The notes beneath the pieces are model-generated. The model saw only the letters and a program-made list of their open reading frames with translations, searched no databases and was not told the origin of the DNA. A DNA stretch of 50,384 bases from Sodaliphilus sp. (GTDB lineage Bacteria > Bacteroidota > Bacteroidia > Bacteroidales > Muribaculaceae): NCBI GenBank assembly GCA_051871435.1, contig JBJECV010000002.1, forward strand, positions 1 through 50,384, given 5' to 3'. A program made the translations under genes and the position numbers. Of the stretch, positions 1-10,817 are shown piece after piece. The stretch's first letter is position 1. The number at the start of each line of letters is the position of its first letter.

Positions 1-1064
1 GTGCGATTGAGCAAATAATTGTCGAGCATCACCAAAGCCGCCATAGCTTCCACAATGGGCACGGCACGCGGCACTACGCAAGGATCGTGACGACCTTTGG
101 CTTGCAGCACTGTGGGACTGCCGTCCACATCCACGGTGTTCACGGGTTGCAAAAGCGTGGCCACCGGTTTGAATGCTACCCTGAAATAGATGTCTTCGCC
201 ATTGCTGATGCCACCCTGAATGCCACCGGAATGATTGGTGAGTGTTCGGATGCGCCCGTTTTCTGCCGTAAAGCAGTCCACCACATCGCTACCGAGCCGA
301 TTCACAAAATCGAATCCCAAACCGAAATCCACACCTTTTGCCGCATTAATTGAAAGCATCGCGCTACCCAATTGGGCATTAAGGCGGGAAAACACCGGTT
401 CACCCAAACCCACAGGCGTCCCTTTAATCACGCAAGTAACCACGCCACCCAAGGTGTCGCCTTTCGCCTTTGCCTCGGTGATGGCTGCTATCATTTCAGA
501 TGCTTTTTCGGCATCCGGACAGCGCACGGCATTGTTGTCGGTATCCGACAAATTTAGCGCTGTGTAAGGCTTATTCGTGCAGATAGTTCCCACTTGTGAA
601 GTGTAAGCCGTGATGGTGATGCCCACCTGCTTGAGTGCTTGCATACAGCAAGCGCCCGCCACTACACGCGCCGCCGTTTCCCTTGCCGAAGAACGTCCGC
701 CACCACGGTAATCACGGATGCCAAATTTCGATTGATAGGTGAAATCGGCGTGCGAAGGGCGGAAGCATTTGGCAATATCGGAATAGTCCGACGAATGTTG
801 GTTAGTGTTGCGAATGATGAACCCTATGGGCGTGCCTAACGTGATACCATCCATTATGCCCGACAGAAATTCCACCCGGTCGGCTTCATTTCTGGAAGTG
901 GTGATGGTAGATTGCCCCGGACGGCGGCGCGCCACCATCCGCTGAATTTCATCAAAATCAAATTTCACTCCTGCCGGAAAACCATCAATCACACCGCCGA
1001 TTGCCGCACCATGCGATTCTCCAAAGGAGGTGAGGGTGAGTATGTTGCCAAATGAGTTGCGCAT
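1..1064 (-). CDS. aroC: Chorismate synthase (3' end runs off the window)
   Basis: Not in the ORF track because it has no stop codon in the window. Manual minus-strand translation gives N-terminal [19 protein letters not shown], internal RPSHADF and [11 protein letters not shown], and C-terminal [18 protein letters not shown], all chorismate synthase motifs. Alternative ATG at 1067. Confidence 0.97.
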   Translation of the reverse strand, partial: MRNSFGNILTLTSFGESHGAAIGGVIDGFPAGVKFDFDEIQRMVARRRPGQSTITTSRNEADRVEFLSGIMDGITLGTPIGFIIRNTNQHSSDYSDIAKCFRPSHADFTYQSKFGIRDYRGGGRSSARETAARVVAGACCMQALKQVGITITAYTSQVGTICTNKPYTALNLSDTDNNAVRCPDAEKASEMIAAITEAKAKGDTLGGVVTCVIKGTPVGLGEPVFSRLNAQLGSAMLSINAAKGVDFGLGFDFVNRLGSDVVDCFTAENGRIRTLTNHSGGIQGGISNGEDIYFRVAFKPVATLLQPVNTVDVDGSPTVLQAKGRHDPCVVPRAVPIVEAMAALVMLDNYLLNR

Positions 1065-1073
1065 CATCGTTGA

Positions 1074-1559
1074 TTATTTGTTCGTTATTAAATCACATTC
1101 TTTTGCCCCCACATAATGGACCAATGCTGCGGGGTTGATTTTTAATTGCAATCCCCTTACCCCTGCACTCACGAATATATAGTCGTAGAGGATGCACGAT
1201 TCGTGGATGAAAGTGGGGAACGGTTTTTTCATACCAATAGGCGAACAGCCACCTCGAATGTAGCCGGTGGTGGGCAGCAACTCCTTCATCGGAATAAGGT
1301 CCACCTTCTTGTTGCCGGAAATTTTGGCGGCTTTCTTCAAATCCACCTCTTCAGCGCCGGGAATTACGCACACGAAATGTCCGGTTTGATCGCCACGAAG
1401 CACCAGTGTTTTAAACACTTGGTCGATATCTTCGCCCAAGAGGTCGGCAATATGCCCGGCACCGAGGTCGTTTTCATCCACCTCGTAGGCGATGAGTTCG
1501 TAAGGGATTTGAGCCTTATCGAGTAGCCTCGCCACATTGGTTTTTGTAATCTTTTTCAT
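1074..1559 (-). CDS. ybaK: Cys-tRNA(Pro) deacylase, YbaK/EbsC family
   Basis: KTNVARLLD, VFKTLV and TGYIRGGCSPIGMKK motifs, plus SAGVRG; 161 aa. Confidence 0.95.
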   Translation of the reverse strand: MKKITKTNVARLLDKAQIPYELIAYEVDENDLGAGHIADLLGEDIDQVFKTLVLRGDQTGHFVCVIPGAEEVDLKKAAKISGNKKVDLIPMKELLPTTGYIRGGCSPIGMKKPFPTFIHESCILYDYIFVSAGVRGLQLKINPAALVHYVGAKECDLITNK

Positions 1560-1689
1560 TCATCACAAATTTTAAACCACAAATTTACTCAAAAAAACAC
1601 GGAATACAAAATTGCGGCTACATCATTTCATCTATCATGGATGTTATAAGCCAACAGCTCTTGCCTCTCGGGCATGATGGTGTGGTGAG

Positions 1690-2571
1690 TTATTGAGTGG
1701 CTTTTCTATGTTCGGTGGGTGTGATGCCGGTGTGGCGCTTGAAGAATTTGGTTAATGTGGCCAAGTCTGGGAAATGAAATTCGTCGGCAATTTGAGAAAC
1801 GGAATCTTGGGTATTTTCCAATTGCTCAACGATTAATCTCACCAACGTGATACAGATGTGTTCGGAGGCAGTTCGCTCAGATGTGGCTTTCACCGCTCGA
1901 TTGAGATATTGTGGAGTGACACACAATTGTGACGCATACCACCCCACGGAATGGTGTTCGCGAATGTGGAGAAACAGGAGTTTGATAAACTTTTGAAAAA
2001 GGATGTGCTTTCGTCCGCTATCGGAAATCGCATCTTCTTCATTTTCAAAATAGTAGAATTCATTGGCTATATCCATCGTCCACATCCATAAAGCGCATTT
2101 CATCATTTCTTGTTGGAAGTGATGCTGATTATCGCTAAGTATGTCCACAATTTGAAGTACGCGTTGATGGAAAAGTTTGGTGGTTTCGGCCGATAACCTA
2201 AACACAGGCCACACCTTAATTTTCAAGATATAGGCAGGAGGAAAAGGGGGATTCTCTTTGATAAAGGTGGTGATAAACGGTATGGTGGAAATCATCATAT
2301 ATGCTTTTGTGCCATTGGAGATGCTACTCACTGATACGGCTTTCTTATCAATAAAATTGGCGAAACACCCTTTATTGAGAGAAAACATTCTATCCGCCCA
2401 ACGCATTTGTATTGAGCCTTCCAGCAACAGCACATGCACAATCAGATTTTGTGCAGCATCTTCCAATAGCACCGATTGTCCGGCATCGGCATCGGTAATG
2501 GCCCATAACACGAAGCCATTATCGACCAGATGGCAACGTGGATTTTGGCGGGCGAAATCAAAGAAATTCAT
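1690..2571 (-). CDS. AraC-family transcriptional regulator
   Basis: C-terminal double HTH (HSVGWYASQLCVTPQYLNR...SQIADEFHFPDLATLTKFFKRHTGITP); divergent from the efflux operon. Confidence 0.92.
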   Translation of the reverse strand: MNFFDFARQNPRCHLVDNGFVLWAITDADAGQSVLLEDAAQNLIVHVLLLEGSIQMRWADRMFSLNKGCFANFIDKKAVSVSSISNGTKAYMMISTIPFITTFIKENPPFPPAYILKIKVWPVFRLSAETTKLFHQRVLQIVDILSDNQHHFQQEMMKCALWMWTMDIANEFYYFENEEDAISDSGRKHILFQKFIKLLFLHIREHHSVGWYASQLCVTPQYLNRAVKATSERTASEHICITLVRLIVEQLENTQDSVSQIADEFHFPDLATLTKFFKRHTGITPTEHRKATQ

Positions 2572-2684
2572 AGGCTGAAAATTTTGGAACCCAACTAAAA
2601 GAAGTTCTTACGCTCGCAAAGATAAAGAGAATGGTTGGATATTTTTCATAGCACTCCCGGGGATTATTACTTTTTAACGCAAGA

Positions 2685-2772
2685 TGGTTTTATTTTGACA
2701 AACTTTGGTTCGGAATAAGCAAAGGAAGGCGGAGTGAAGAATGAATTTGGTTTTGATTTGACAAATATTGGT
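2685..2772. promoter_or_regulatory. Pair of 25-bp imperfect direct repeats, candidate AraC operator sites
   Basis: TGGTTTTATTTTGACAAACTTTGGT (2685-2709) and TGGTTTTGATTTGACAAATATTGGT (2748-2772), 21/25 identical and 63 bp apart, between the divergent regulator and pump genes. Confidence 0.45.
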
Positions 2773-2923
2773 ATGTGTGAAACAAAGGAAAACCCATGCA
2801 ATAGTGCGACCTTTGCAGAGCCCTTGGCATAAAGAATCGGCGATTTGATTTAGGCGGGGACATCGCTCGGGGAAATGATAACGAGTATGGAGAATAAATA
2901 ATGATTTTAAATGCATAAATAAT

Positions 2924-4051
2924 ATGAAACTAACGACTATTCGATTTATTGCGCCTCTGTGGGCTTGTGTACTCATCCTATGCCTCTCTTGCCGGGAACA
3001 GCAGAAAACGCCGGCTCCGGAAAGTAGTTATAAAACAATCACGGTGAGCGAAAGTAGCCAAACGCTATACACCGATTTTCCTGCCACCATTCAAGGAAAA
3101 CAAGATGTGGACATCTTTCCGCAAATATCAGGCTTGATTACCCGAATTTGTGTGAATGAAGGTGCGGAAGTGAAACAAGGACAAACGCTATTCGTTATCG
3201 ACCAAGCGCCCTACAAAGCCGCTTTAGAAAAGGCGAAAGCCAATGTGGAAAGTGCCGAAGCCAATGTGGCAACGGCGCAAATGACCGTGGAAAGCAAGGA
3301 ACAATTGTGGAGAGAGAATGTGGTGTCGGATTTCGACTTGCAACAAGCTCGCAACACGCTTCGCGGAGCGAAGGCATCGCTATCTCAAGCGCGAGCCGAG
3401 CTCACCACAGCACAAACAAATTTGTCGTATACGGAAATAAAGAGTCCGGTGAGCGGCATTGCCGGCATGAGCAGTTACCGCATCGGAGCTTTGGTGAGCC
3501 CGTCGATTACGACACCACTTATTACGGTTTCGGACTGTAGCGAAATGAGTGTGTATTTTTCAATGACCGAAAAACAAATTCTATCCTATTCTCGCTACAA
3601 TGGTTCGCTGAGCAACGCTATTCATACTATGCCCCAAGTGCAGATTATCCTCAACGATGGGAGTGAATATTCCTCAAGAGGGAAGGTGGATGCCATCAGT
3701 GGAATGGTGGACGCATCCACCGGAACGGTTTCTCTCCGGGCTAAAGTGGAAAATCCCAATCGCATCCTTCGAAGTGGGGCAACATGCACCGTGAGAATCC
3801 CTCAAGAAAAATCGGGATGCATCGTCGTACCACAAACTGCCACCTATGAATTGCAAGACAAAGTGTTTGTGTATAAAGTGGTGAATGGAAAAACGAAATC
3901 CACGCCCATCAAAGTGTTTGAAATCAACAACGGGACGGACTACATCGTAGAATCCGGGCTAACGGCTGGCGACGTGATTATTGCAGAAGGCGCCGGATTG
4001 CTTCGTGAAGGTGTGGCGGTGAGCAACAGCGGTAAGAACAAAGGAAAATAA
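2924..4051 (+). CDS. RND efflux periplasmic adaptor (membrane fusion protein), lipoprotein
   Basis: Lipobox-like LCLSC; IFPQISGLI...GAEVKQGQTLFVID lipoyl-like motif; TEIKSPVSG; DASTGT. Confidence 0.95.
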   Translation: MKLTTIRFIAPLWACVLILCLSCREQQKTPAPESSYKTITVSESSQTLYTDFPATIQGKQDVDIFPQISGLITRICVNEGAEVKQGQTLFVIDQAPYKAALEKAKANVESAEANVATAQMTVESKEQLWRENVVSDFDLQQARNTLRGAKASLSQARAELTTAQTNLSYTEIKSPVSGIAGMSSYRIGALVSPSITTPLITVSDCSEMSVYFSMTEKQILSYSRYNGSLSNAIHTMPQVQIILNDGSEYSSRGKVDAISGMVDASTGTVSLRAKVENPNRILRSGATCTVRIPQEKSGCIVVPQTATYELQDKVFVYKVVNGKTKSTPIKVFEINNGTDYIVESGLTAGDVIIAEGAGLLREGVAVSNSGKNKGK

Positions 4052-4067
4052 GAAAGGAGATAGCGTA

Positions 4068-7000
4068 ATGAAACTCAAATTATTCATCGACCGCCCCATC
4101 CTGGCAGCGTGTATTTCGGCTTTTATCTTGATGCTGGGCGTGATTAGCTTAGCCAATCTGCCAATGGAGCAGTATCCCGACATAGCGCCACCCACTGTGC
4201 AAGTATCCGCCACCTATAGCGGGGCGAGCGCATCCACCGTGCAAAAGGCAGTGATTGTGCCATTGGAAGAAGAAATTAATGGTGTGGACAATATGATGTA
4301 TATGACATCATCCGCTTCCAATACGGGAAGCGCCACCATTAATGTGTATTTCAAGCAAGGCACCGACCCGGATATGGCAGCCATTAATGTGCAAAACCGG
4401 GTGAATAAAGTGCAAAGCCGTCTGCCGGGAGAAGTGACCAAAATCGGTGTAACGGTGCAAAAAAGGCAAAACAGCCAATTGATGCTCATATCGCTCTACT
4501 GCAAAGATAAAGATTGCGACTATGATGAGAAGTTTCTCTCCAATTATTTAAAAATCAATGTTGTGCCACGCATTCAGCGTATCTCCGGTGTGGGCGAAGT
4601 GATGGTGATGGGCAATGATTACGCGATGCGCATTTGGCTCAAGCCGGATGTGATGGCGCAATATGGCTTGGTGCCCGCCGATATAATTAACGTGCTGGGC
4701 GAACAAAACATAGAGGCATCTACCGGCACATTAGGTCAGGATTCCAACAACACCTTCCAGTATAGCTTAAAATACAAAGGACGATGCGAAAACGAAGAAG
4801 AACTCGGAAATCTGGTGATTAAAAACGAAGAAAACGGCAACACCCTCCTACTGAAAGATGTGGCAGAGATAGAATTGGGCACCACGTCGTACAATTTTGC
4901 AGGCAATGTGTCGGGCTATCCGGGGTCCACTTTTATGATTATGCAAACGGCAGGATCGAATGCTAATGAAATAATTGAAAACATCAACGAGGTGGTGGAC
5001 GACATTCGCGGCGACTTGCCAAAAGGTTTGGAATTGGAAACGATGATGAGTGTGAAATCGTTTCTTGATGCCTCCATCCAAAATGTGCTTCAAACCCTGC
5101 TCGAAGCCATCCTATTGGTGGTGATTGTGGTGTATGTGTTCTTGCAAAGTGTGCGCTCCACTTTCATTCCGCTCATCGGCATTATTGTTTCGCTCATCGG
5201 CACCTTCGCCTTTCTTTATGTGGCAGATTTTTCCATCAATTTGCTCACCCTATTTGCTTTAGTGCTGGTGATAGGCACGGTGGTCGACGATTCGATTGTG
5301 GTGGTGGAAGCCGTGCAAGCCAAATTCGATGAAGGCTATCAATCGGCTTACAAAGCCACAGTGGAAGCCATGAGCGGCATCACGGCAGCCATTATCACCA
5401 CCACATTAGTGTTTATGGCGGTATTCATTCCGGTGAGTTTTATGGGAGGTACCTCCGGCACATTCTATACCCAGTTTGGGCTAACGATGGCAGTGGCAGT
5501 GGGCATATCCGCCATTAATGCGCTCACGCTCAGTCCGGCATTGTGCGCACTGATGATGACGCCGCACATCACCAAAGAAGATGGTAAGAAACTGAGTTTT
5601 TCATCGCGATTTCATATTGCCTTTGATGCGGCTTTCAGTAAGATGATCGGCAAATATAAGGCTTGCTTGCAATTTTTCTTTAGCCATAAATGGGTGATTG
5701 GCGTGGCACTTGTGATGGTGGGAGTGCTGCTAACGGTGCTGGTGAAAACCACCAAAACGGGTTTGATACCCGAGGAAGATACCGGCACGGTGTTTGTGAG
5801 CGTATCCACAGCTCCGGGTAGTACGCGTGCCGAAACCGAAAGCATCATGAAAGAGGTGGAGAAAAGAATGGACGACATTCCGCAAATCTACCTATACTCC
5901 TCCGTGACGGGATTCAATATGATGAGCAGCGGCGAAAGCAGTACCGGCGGTACGATTATTGTGCGCCTCAAAGATTGGGAAGAACGCAAAGGAAAAGAAA
6001 ACGACAAAGATGCCGTAATCGGTCAGATTTTGGCGAGGACCTCCGATATCAAAAATGCTCAAATATTTGCCTTTGCACCTCCAATGATTATGGGCTATGG
6101 TATGACCAACGGACTGGAACTGTATGTGCAAGACCGGAAAGGTGGAGACATTGAAACTTTGTTTGAGCACACAAAAAACTTTTTAGCGGCACTGAATGAG
6201 CGGCCCGAAATACAAAGTGCCGTTACCACCTTCGATACGCGCTTCCCGCAATATTTGGTAGAGGTGGATGCCGCTCGTTGCAAACATGCAGGTATATCTC
6301 CATCCGACGTGCTGGATGTGCTATCGTGCTATGTGGGCGGAAATTATGCCTCGAATATCAACCGCTTTTCAAAAATATACAGAGTGATGCTTCAAGCCAA
6401 GCCGGAATATCGCTTGGATAAAGAATCGCTAAATAAAATGTATGTTCGCACTTCCTCCGGTGCTATGGCCCCTATCGGGCAGTTCATCAACCTCACCAAG
6501 ACCTACGGTCCGGAGATATTGAGCCGATTCAATCTGTTTAGCTGCATATCGGTAAACGCCTCTGCTGCTGATGGCTACAGCTCCGGAGATGCCATAAAAG
6601 CGGTGAATGAAGTGGCAAAACAAACACTGCCTTCGGGATACGGCTTTGAATTTAGCGGCACATCTCGCGAAGAGGCTTCGCAGGGCACTTCCATTATCCT
6701 CATTTTCGTAATTTGTACTCTTTTCGTGTATCTCATTCTCTGTTCGCTCTACGAGAGCCTGCTGATTCCGTTGGCAGTGATTTTATCCATTCCATTCGGT
6801 TTGCTTGGTAGCTTCGTGTTTGCGAAAATGTTTGGCGTGGAAAATAACATTTATATGCAAACGGGGCTTATCATGCTCATCGGCTTGCTATCAAAAACCG
6901 CAATTTTGCTCACGGAATACGCATCGGAGCGACGGAAACACGGAATGAGCATCGCCGAAGCAGCGCTATCGGCAGCCATGGTGCGCTTGCGTCCGATTCT

Positions 7001-7217
7001 GATGACTGCCCTCACTATGATTATCGGATTATTCCCGCTGGTGGTGGCATCGGGCGCCGGAGCCAATGGTAATATTTCGTTAGGAGTCGGCATGGTGGGA
7101 GGCATGACCATCGGCACGATAGCTCTGCTATTTGTGGTGCCGGTAATGTTTATCATATTTCAAACCATTGAAGAGAAAGTGATGCCAAAACGGAACTCTG
7201 CCAAAGAGCAAGAATAA
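4068..7217 (+). CDS. RND efflux permease, HAE1/AcrB family
   Basis: 1049 aa; FIDRPI, EQYPDIAPP, YAMRIWL, GTVVDDSIVVVE (proton-relay DD) and RLRPILMT. Confidence 0.97.
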   Translation: MKLKLFIDRPILAACISAFILMLGVISLANLPMEQYPDIAPPTVQVSATYSGASASTVQKAVIVPLEEEINGVDNMMYMTSSASNTGSATINVYFKQGTDPDMAAINVQNRVNKVQSRLPGEVTKIGVTVQKRQNSQLMLISLYCKDKDCDYDEKFLSNYLKINVVPRIQRISGVGEVMVMGNDYAMRIWLKPDVMAQYGLVPADIINVLGEQNIEASTGTLGQDSNNTFQYSLKYKGRCENEEELGNLVIKNEENGNTLLLKDVAEIELGTTSYNFAGNVSGYPGSTFMIMQTAGSNANEIIENINEVVDDIRGDLPKGLELETMMSVKSFLDASIQNVLQTLLEAILLVVIVVYVFLQSVRSTFIPLIGIIVSLIGTFAFLYVADFSINLLTLFALVLVIGTVVDDSIVVVEAVQAKFDEGYQSAYKATVEAMSGITAAIITTTLVFMAVFIPVSFMGGTSGTFYTQFGLTMAVAVGISAINALTLSPALCALMMTPHITKEDGKKLSFSSRFHIAFDAAFSKMIGKYKACLQFFFSHKWVIGVALVMVGVLLTVLVKTTKTGLIPEEDTGTVFVSVSTAPGSTRAETESIMKEVEKRMDDIPQIYLYSSVTGFNMMSSGESSTGGTIIVRLKDWEERKGKENDKDAVIGQILARTSDIKNAQIFAFAPPMIMGYGMTNGLELYVQDRKGGDIETLFEHTKNFLAALNERPEIQSAVTTFDTRFPQYLVEVDAARCKHAGISPSDVLDVLSCYVGGNYASNINRFSKIYRVMLQAKPEYRLDKESLNKMYVRTSSGAMAPIGQFINLTKTYGPEILSRFNLFSCISVNASAADGYSSGDAIKAVNEVAKQTLPSGYGFEFSGTSREEASQGTSIILIFVICTLFVYLILCSLYESLLIPLAVILSIPFGLLGSFVFAKMFGVENNIYMQTGLIMLIGLLSKTAILLTEYASERRKHGMSIAEAALSAAMVRLRPILMTALTMIIGLFPLVVASGAGANGNISLGVGMVGGMTIGTIALLFVVPVMFIIFQTIEEKVMPKRNSAKEQE

Positions 7218-7242
7218 CAACAACATTAATTGACACTTAGAT

Positions 7243-8616
7243 ATGAATTACAGACAGATTATCATACTATTTAGCGCCATTCTATTGCTGAATGGATGCG
7301 GCATACATCGCGACTATCAACGCCCGGAATCGCTCCCCACCGACAGCCTTTACCGCGATGCGGAGGCTTGGATGCGCGACACTTGCACATTGGCGGATAT
7401 TTCGTGGCGAGAACTATTCACGGATAGGCAATTGGTGAAATGGATAGAGGCGGGGCTGGAGCAGAATAGCGATTTGCAGGTGGCTCGGCTACGCACCGAA
7501 GAGGCGCAAGCCACTTTGGAAGCTTCGCGAAAGGCTTTGCTACCATCATTTTCGGTGAGTGCAGAAGGAGGCATTAGCAGCTATGATGCTTCCGAAACAT
7601 CGAAATCATTTTCCATTATCGGCTCTTCGGAGTGGGAAATCGACGCATTTGGAGGCTTGAGCAACGAAAAGAAAAGCAAATATGCGGCATGGGCAGCAAG
7701 CAAGGCCTACGAACAAGCCGTGCAGACACAGCTCATCGCCACCATTGCCGAAACGTATTACGCTCTGATAGCTTGTGACCAAAAGCTCGAAATTACACGC
7801 GAAACGGCACAGCAATGGAGCGAACAAGTACGCACCTTCAAAGCCTTGAAACGCTTTGGTGAGCAAAATGAGGCGGCTGTGGCACAAGCCGAAGCCCAAC
7901 GGTTGGAAACAGAATCGGCGGTAGTGAATTTGGAAAAGCAAATCCATGAATTGGAAAACTCGCTATCTACATTGGTGGGCAAAGCTCCAAAGGAGGTGGA
8001 ACGTGGCCATTCGTTGGAGCTGAGATTGGAAACAGAACTGTCGGTGGGATTGCCCGCTCAACTGCTCAGTAGGCGACCCGACGTGAAGCAAGCGGAATGG
8101 GAATTGGCGCAGGCATTTTATGCCACTAATGTGGCTCGGTCGGCATTCTATCCCAAAATCACACTTAGCGGTTCGGCAGGTTGGACCACCGGTTCGGGTG
8201 CGAGCATCACAAATCCGGGTAATTGGCTGATGAATGTTGTTGGATCGGTGGTGCAACCTATTTTCAATCGCGGCAAAAATAAAGCCAACCTTAAAATTGC
8301 AGAGGCACAACAGAAAGAGGCGCAAATCGCTTTTGCTCAAAAGCTATTGGATGCCGGTGCGGAAGTGAACAATGCACTCACCGCATGGCAAACCGCGAGA
8401 AAAAATGTGGAAATCAACGAGCAACGAGTGGCATCGCTACAAACCGCACTTCGCAGCACCCAACTGCTGATGAAACACGGTAGCACCAATTATTTGGAGG
8501 TGCTGACAGCCCGACAAACGCTATTGCAAGCACAACTTGAAGGTGTAACAGATAAATATGATGAAATAGAAAGTGTTATCCACCTCTATCATACGCTGGG
8601 TGGAGGCGCTGATTAG
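7243..8616 (+). CDS. TolC/OprM-family outer-membrane efflux lipoprotein
   Basis: Lipobox LNGC; WEIDAFG, LLSRRPDV, YLEVLTA and LGGG at the C-terminus. Confidence 0.95.
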   Translation: MNYRQIIILFSAILLLNGCGIHRDYQRPESLPTDSLYRDAEAWMRDTCTLADISWRELFTDRQLVKWIEAGLEQNSDLQVARLRTEEAQATLEASRKALLPSFSVSAEGGISSYDASETSKSFSIIGSSEWEIDAFGGLSNEKKSKYAAWAASKAYEQAVQTQLIATIAETYYALIACDQKLEITRETAQQWSEQVRTFKALKRFGEQNEAAVAQAEAQRLETESAVVNLEKQIHELENSLSTLVGKAPKEVERGHSLELRLETELSVGLPAQLLSRRPDVKQAEWELAQAFYATNVARSAFYPKITLSGSAGWTTGSGASITNPGNWLMNVVGSVVQPIFNRGKNKANLKIAEAQQKEAQIAFAQKLLDAGAEVNNALTAWQTARKNVEINEQRVASLQTALRSTQLLMKHGSTNYLEVLTARQTLLQAQLEGVTDKYDEIESVIHLYHTLGGGAD

Positions 8617-8799
8617 TTTCTTTTCTATTAATTGTGTATTGTGACCGATTCTCTTTGTAGAGAGTCGGCCTTTTTGCCGAAAATTTGCAATTGTAACACC
8701 GCATTATGATTGAAAAAAAAACTTTAATTCGTGTGGATTTTGCTTTGGGGGCTTCGTGGTTAATAGATTTGTGGCTATATTTGCAAGGTGAAAACGAAT

Positions 8800-9507
8800 A
8801 TGGTGATGAAATACAAAATATTTGTAGCAATTATTTTAGGAGTTTGCTTTAGCTTTGCTGATGCGCAGGATTTTGCGAACCGGAAAGCGGCTTTGCAAGC
8901 GCTTGAGCGATCGGAATGTGAGTTGGGCAATCCGCTGAGCGAAAAGCACGATGAAGTGAAATACGTCGACGTGCTGAAAGCTATCTGTCGGAGTGAAGTT
9001 TTGTCGGAAAACGACAAATTGCGTGCTCGCTTGCTTTTAGAGCAAGCCATGAAAAATCGTGTGGGCGAACCGGCTGCGGATATTGAATATGTGACGCCCG
9101 ACGATAGTGCTCATCACCTTTTGGATAGCAAAGCATCGCTCGTGCTGGTGTTCTTTAATGACCCTGATTGCGAATCGTGTGCCATAGTGAAAGAAAGAAT
9201 GGACACTTGCACATTTCTGAAGGATATGGTGGAAGCAAAGCAATTGGAAATAGTGGGCATTTATACGCTCGACGACGAGGCACAATGGCGAGCCTCCTCC
9301 TTTCCCGGCTACATCATCAATGGCTGGAATAAGAATCAGGATATTGCGAACCACGATACTTATTTGCTACCCACATTGCCGCTATTTTATTTGCTTGATT
9401 CCGACAAAAAAGTACTATTAAAAGCCGAAGCAAGCCTCAATAAGGTGCTCGATTATTTGCGGATGGAGAGCACCAAAAATGTGGAGTCGGCGGGCGAAAC
9501 GCGGTAG
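8800..9507 (+). CDS. Exported thioredoxin-fold (AhpC/TSA-like, DUF5106-associated type) protein
   Basis: Signal peptide; KNRVGEPAAD; FFNDPDCESC CxxC motif; PLFYLLDSDKKVLLK. Start moved from GTG 8788 to ATG 8800 (or 8806) because a TATATTTG box lies at 8776-8783. Confidence 0.75.
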   Translation: MVMKYKIFVAIILGVCFSFADAQDFANRKAALQALERSECELGNPLSEKHDEVKYVDVLKAICRSEVLSENDKLRARLLLEQAMKNRVGEPAADIEYVTPDDSAHHLLDSKASLVLVFFNDPDCESCAIVKERMDTCTFLKDMVEAKQLEIVGIYTLDDEAQWRASSFPGYIINGWNKNQDIANHDTYLLPTLPLFYLLDSDKKVLLKAEASLNKVLDYLRMESTKNVESAGETR

Positions 9508-10817
9508 TGATTCGATGCTCGGCATCCCATCACCCACAAAATTTTGCTATCTGCTTCAAGAATCCAGGTGTCGGATTTTTGCTTTTCGTTCAATTTTAAA
9601 TCTGTAAACAAGTCGCTCACCAATTTGGAGCCCTTCATTCCAAAGGGCTGAAATCTGTCGGCATGTTTCCATTTCCGAATCACCGCATTTTTCGCATTTA
9701 GGGCGGCTGTATTGAGAGCGATTACCTGCTTGCCATCGCATTGCTTTAAATCGAATTCTGAATGATTTACTCGTTGAATATTTAAATGAATTGGAATTTG
9801 TATTTCTCTATTATTCAATTTTATAGCGTACGAACTTTGAAGTATCGCTTTATTGATAAAAACTTGAAGTTGGAGGCGATTAATCGTTAAAGTAAAACTT
9901 GAAGAATAAAAGTGTTTTCCTATTCCATTTCCACCTGCAGCGGTCTGCAAAATGTCGGCACATTGACTGTGGTTGAAGCCGTAGGGTTTGAGAATTTCAA
10001 AAAGTAAAGTGGTGGAATTTGCAAATCGAAACAACGCTTTGTAATCAATCATCAGCGCATCTTGCTCATGATGGCAGCACTCATTTTGGATGTGCTCAAT
10101 CATTTCGGCATAGAGCGAATGGCAAGAGCGGAGATGGCTGATGGTGGTGTGAATTTGGCGAAGCGCACCGGGGAATTGTTCTTCCAGCGATGGCAAAACC
10201 ACATTTCTCAACTTATTTCGCTTCACTTCATTTTTTTGATTGGTGGAATCGGTAACAAAATCTTGGTGCTTATCTTTAAGATATTCAAGCACTTCAGCAC
10301 GGTTTAAACAGAGTAATGGACGCACTACAATGCCGTTTTTTAGAGGCATGCCCGATAGCCCGGCAATTCCCGATGCTCTCAGCGCGTTGAGGAAGAAGGT
10401 TTCCACGTCGTCGTTTTGGTGATGTGCCACGGCAAGGGCATCGCAAGAGAGAGAAGCAACCAATTGGCGGAACCAATCGTAGCGTAAATCGCGGCAAGCC
10501 ATTTCCATCGACACACCGTGCGCATCCATATAAGCCGGGACATCGAAATGGTGGATGTGGAGCGGAATGTGAAGGGCGTGGCATAGGCGGGATACAAATT
10601 CTTCATCGCGATTGGATTCTTCGCCACGCAGATGGAAATTGCAGTGAGCCGCCTCACATCGATAGCCGAGCGCCAAGAGCATGCGGAGCAAAGCCACCGA
10701 ATCGGCGCCACCACTGAGCGCCACCAGCACGTGAGCCCCGGGGTTCAAGAGGGAATTTTCTTCGATAAAGGCTTGCACCTTTTGCTCAAAAAGCGAAATA
10801 TGTGGTTCGTGATTCAT
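9453..10817 (-). CDS. tilS: tRNA(Ile)-lysidine synthetase
   Basis: ALSGGADS PP-loop, AHCNFHLRG, VAHHQND, RPLL, RNKLR; C-terminal DRFQPFGMKGSK domain. Confidence 0.97.
   Translation of the reverse strand: MNHEPHISLFEQKVQAFIEENSLLNPGAHVLVALSGGADSVALLRMLLALGYRCEAAHCNFHLRGEESNRDEEFVSRLCHALHIPLHIHHFDVPAYMDAHGVSMEMACRDLRYDWFRQLVASLSCDALAVAHHQNDDVETFFLNALRASGIAGLSGMPLKNGIVVRPLLCLNRAEVLEYLKDKHQDFVTDSTNQKNEVKRNKLRNVVLPSLEEQFPGALRQIHTTISHLRSCHSLYAEMIEHIQNECCHHEQDALMIDYKALFRFANSTTLLFEILKPYGFNHSQCADILQTAAGGNGIGKHFYSSSFTLTINRLQLQVFINKAILQSSYAIKLNNREIQIPIHLNIQRVNHSEFDLKQCDGKQVIALNTAALNAKNAVIRKWKHADRFQPFGMKGSKLVSDLFTDLKLNEKQKSDTWILEADSKILWVMGCRASNHYRVSPADSTFLVLSIRK

Noticed and set aside
87-839. Plus-strand ORFs at the window start
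   Set aside because: They are antisense to aroC, which the ORF track missed because its stop codon lies outside the window.
2674-2976. 100-aa minus-strand ORF in the araC-efflux intergenic region
   Set aside because: It overlaps the MFP start and the promoter region, and has no recognisable features.
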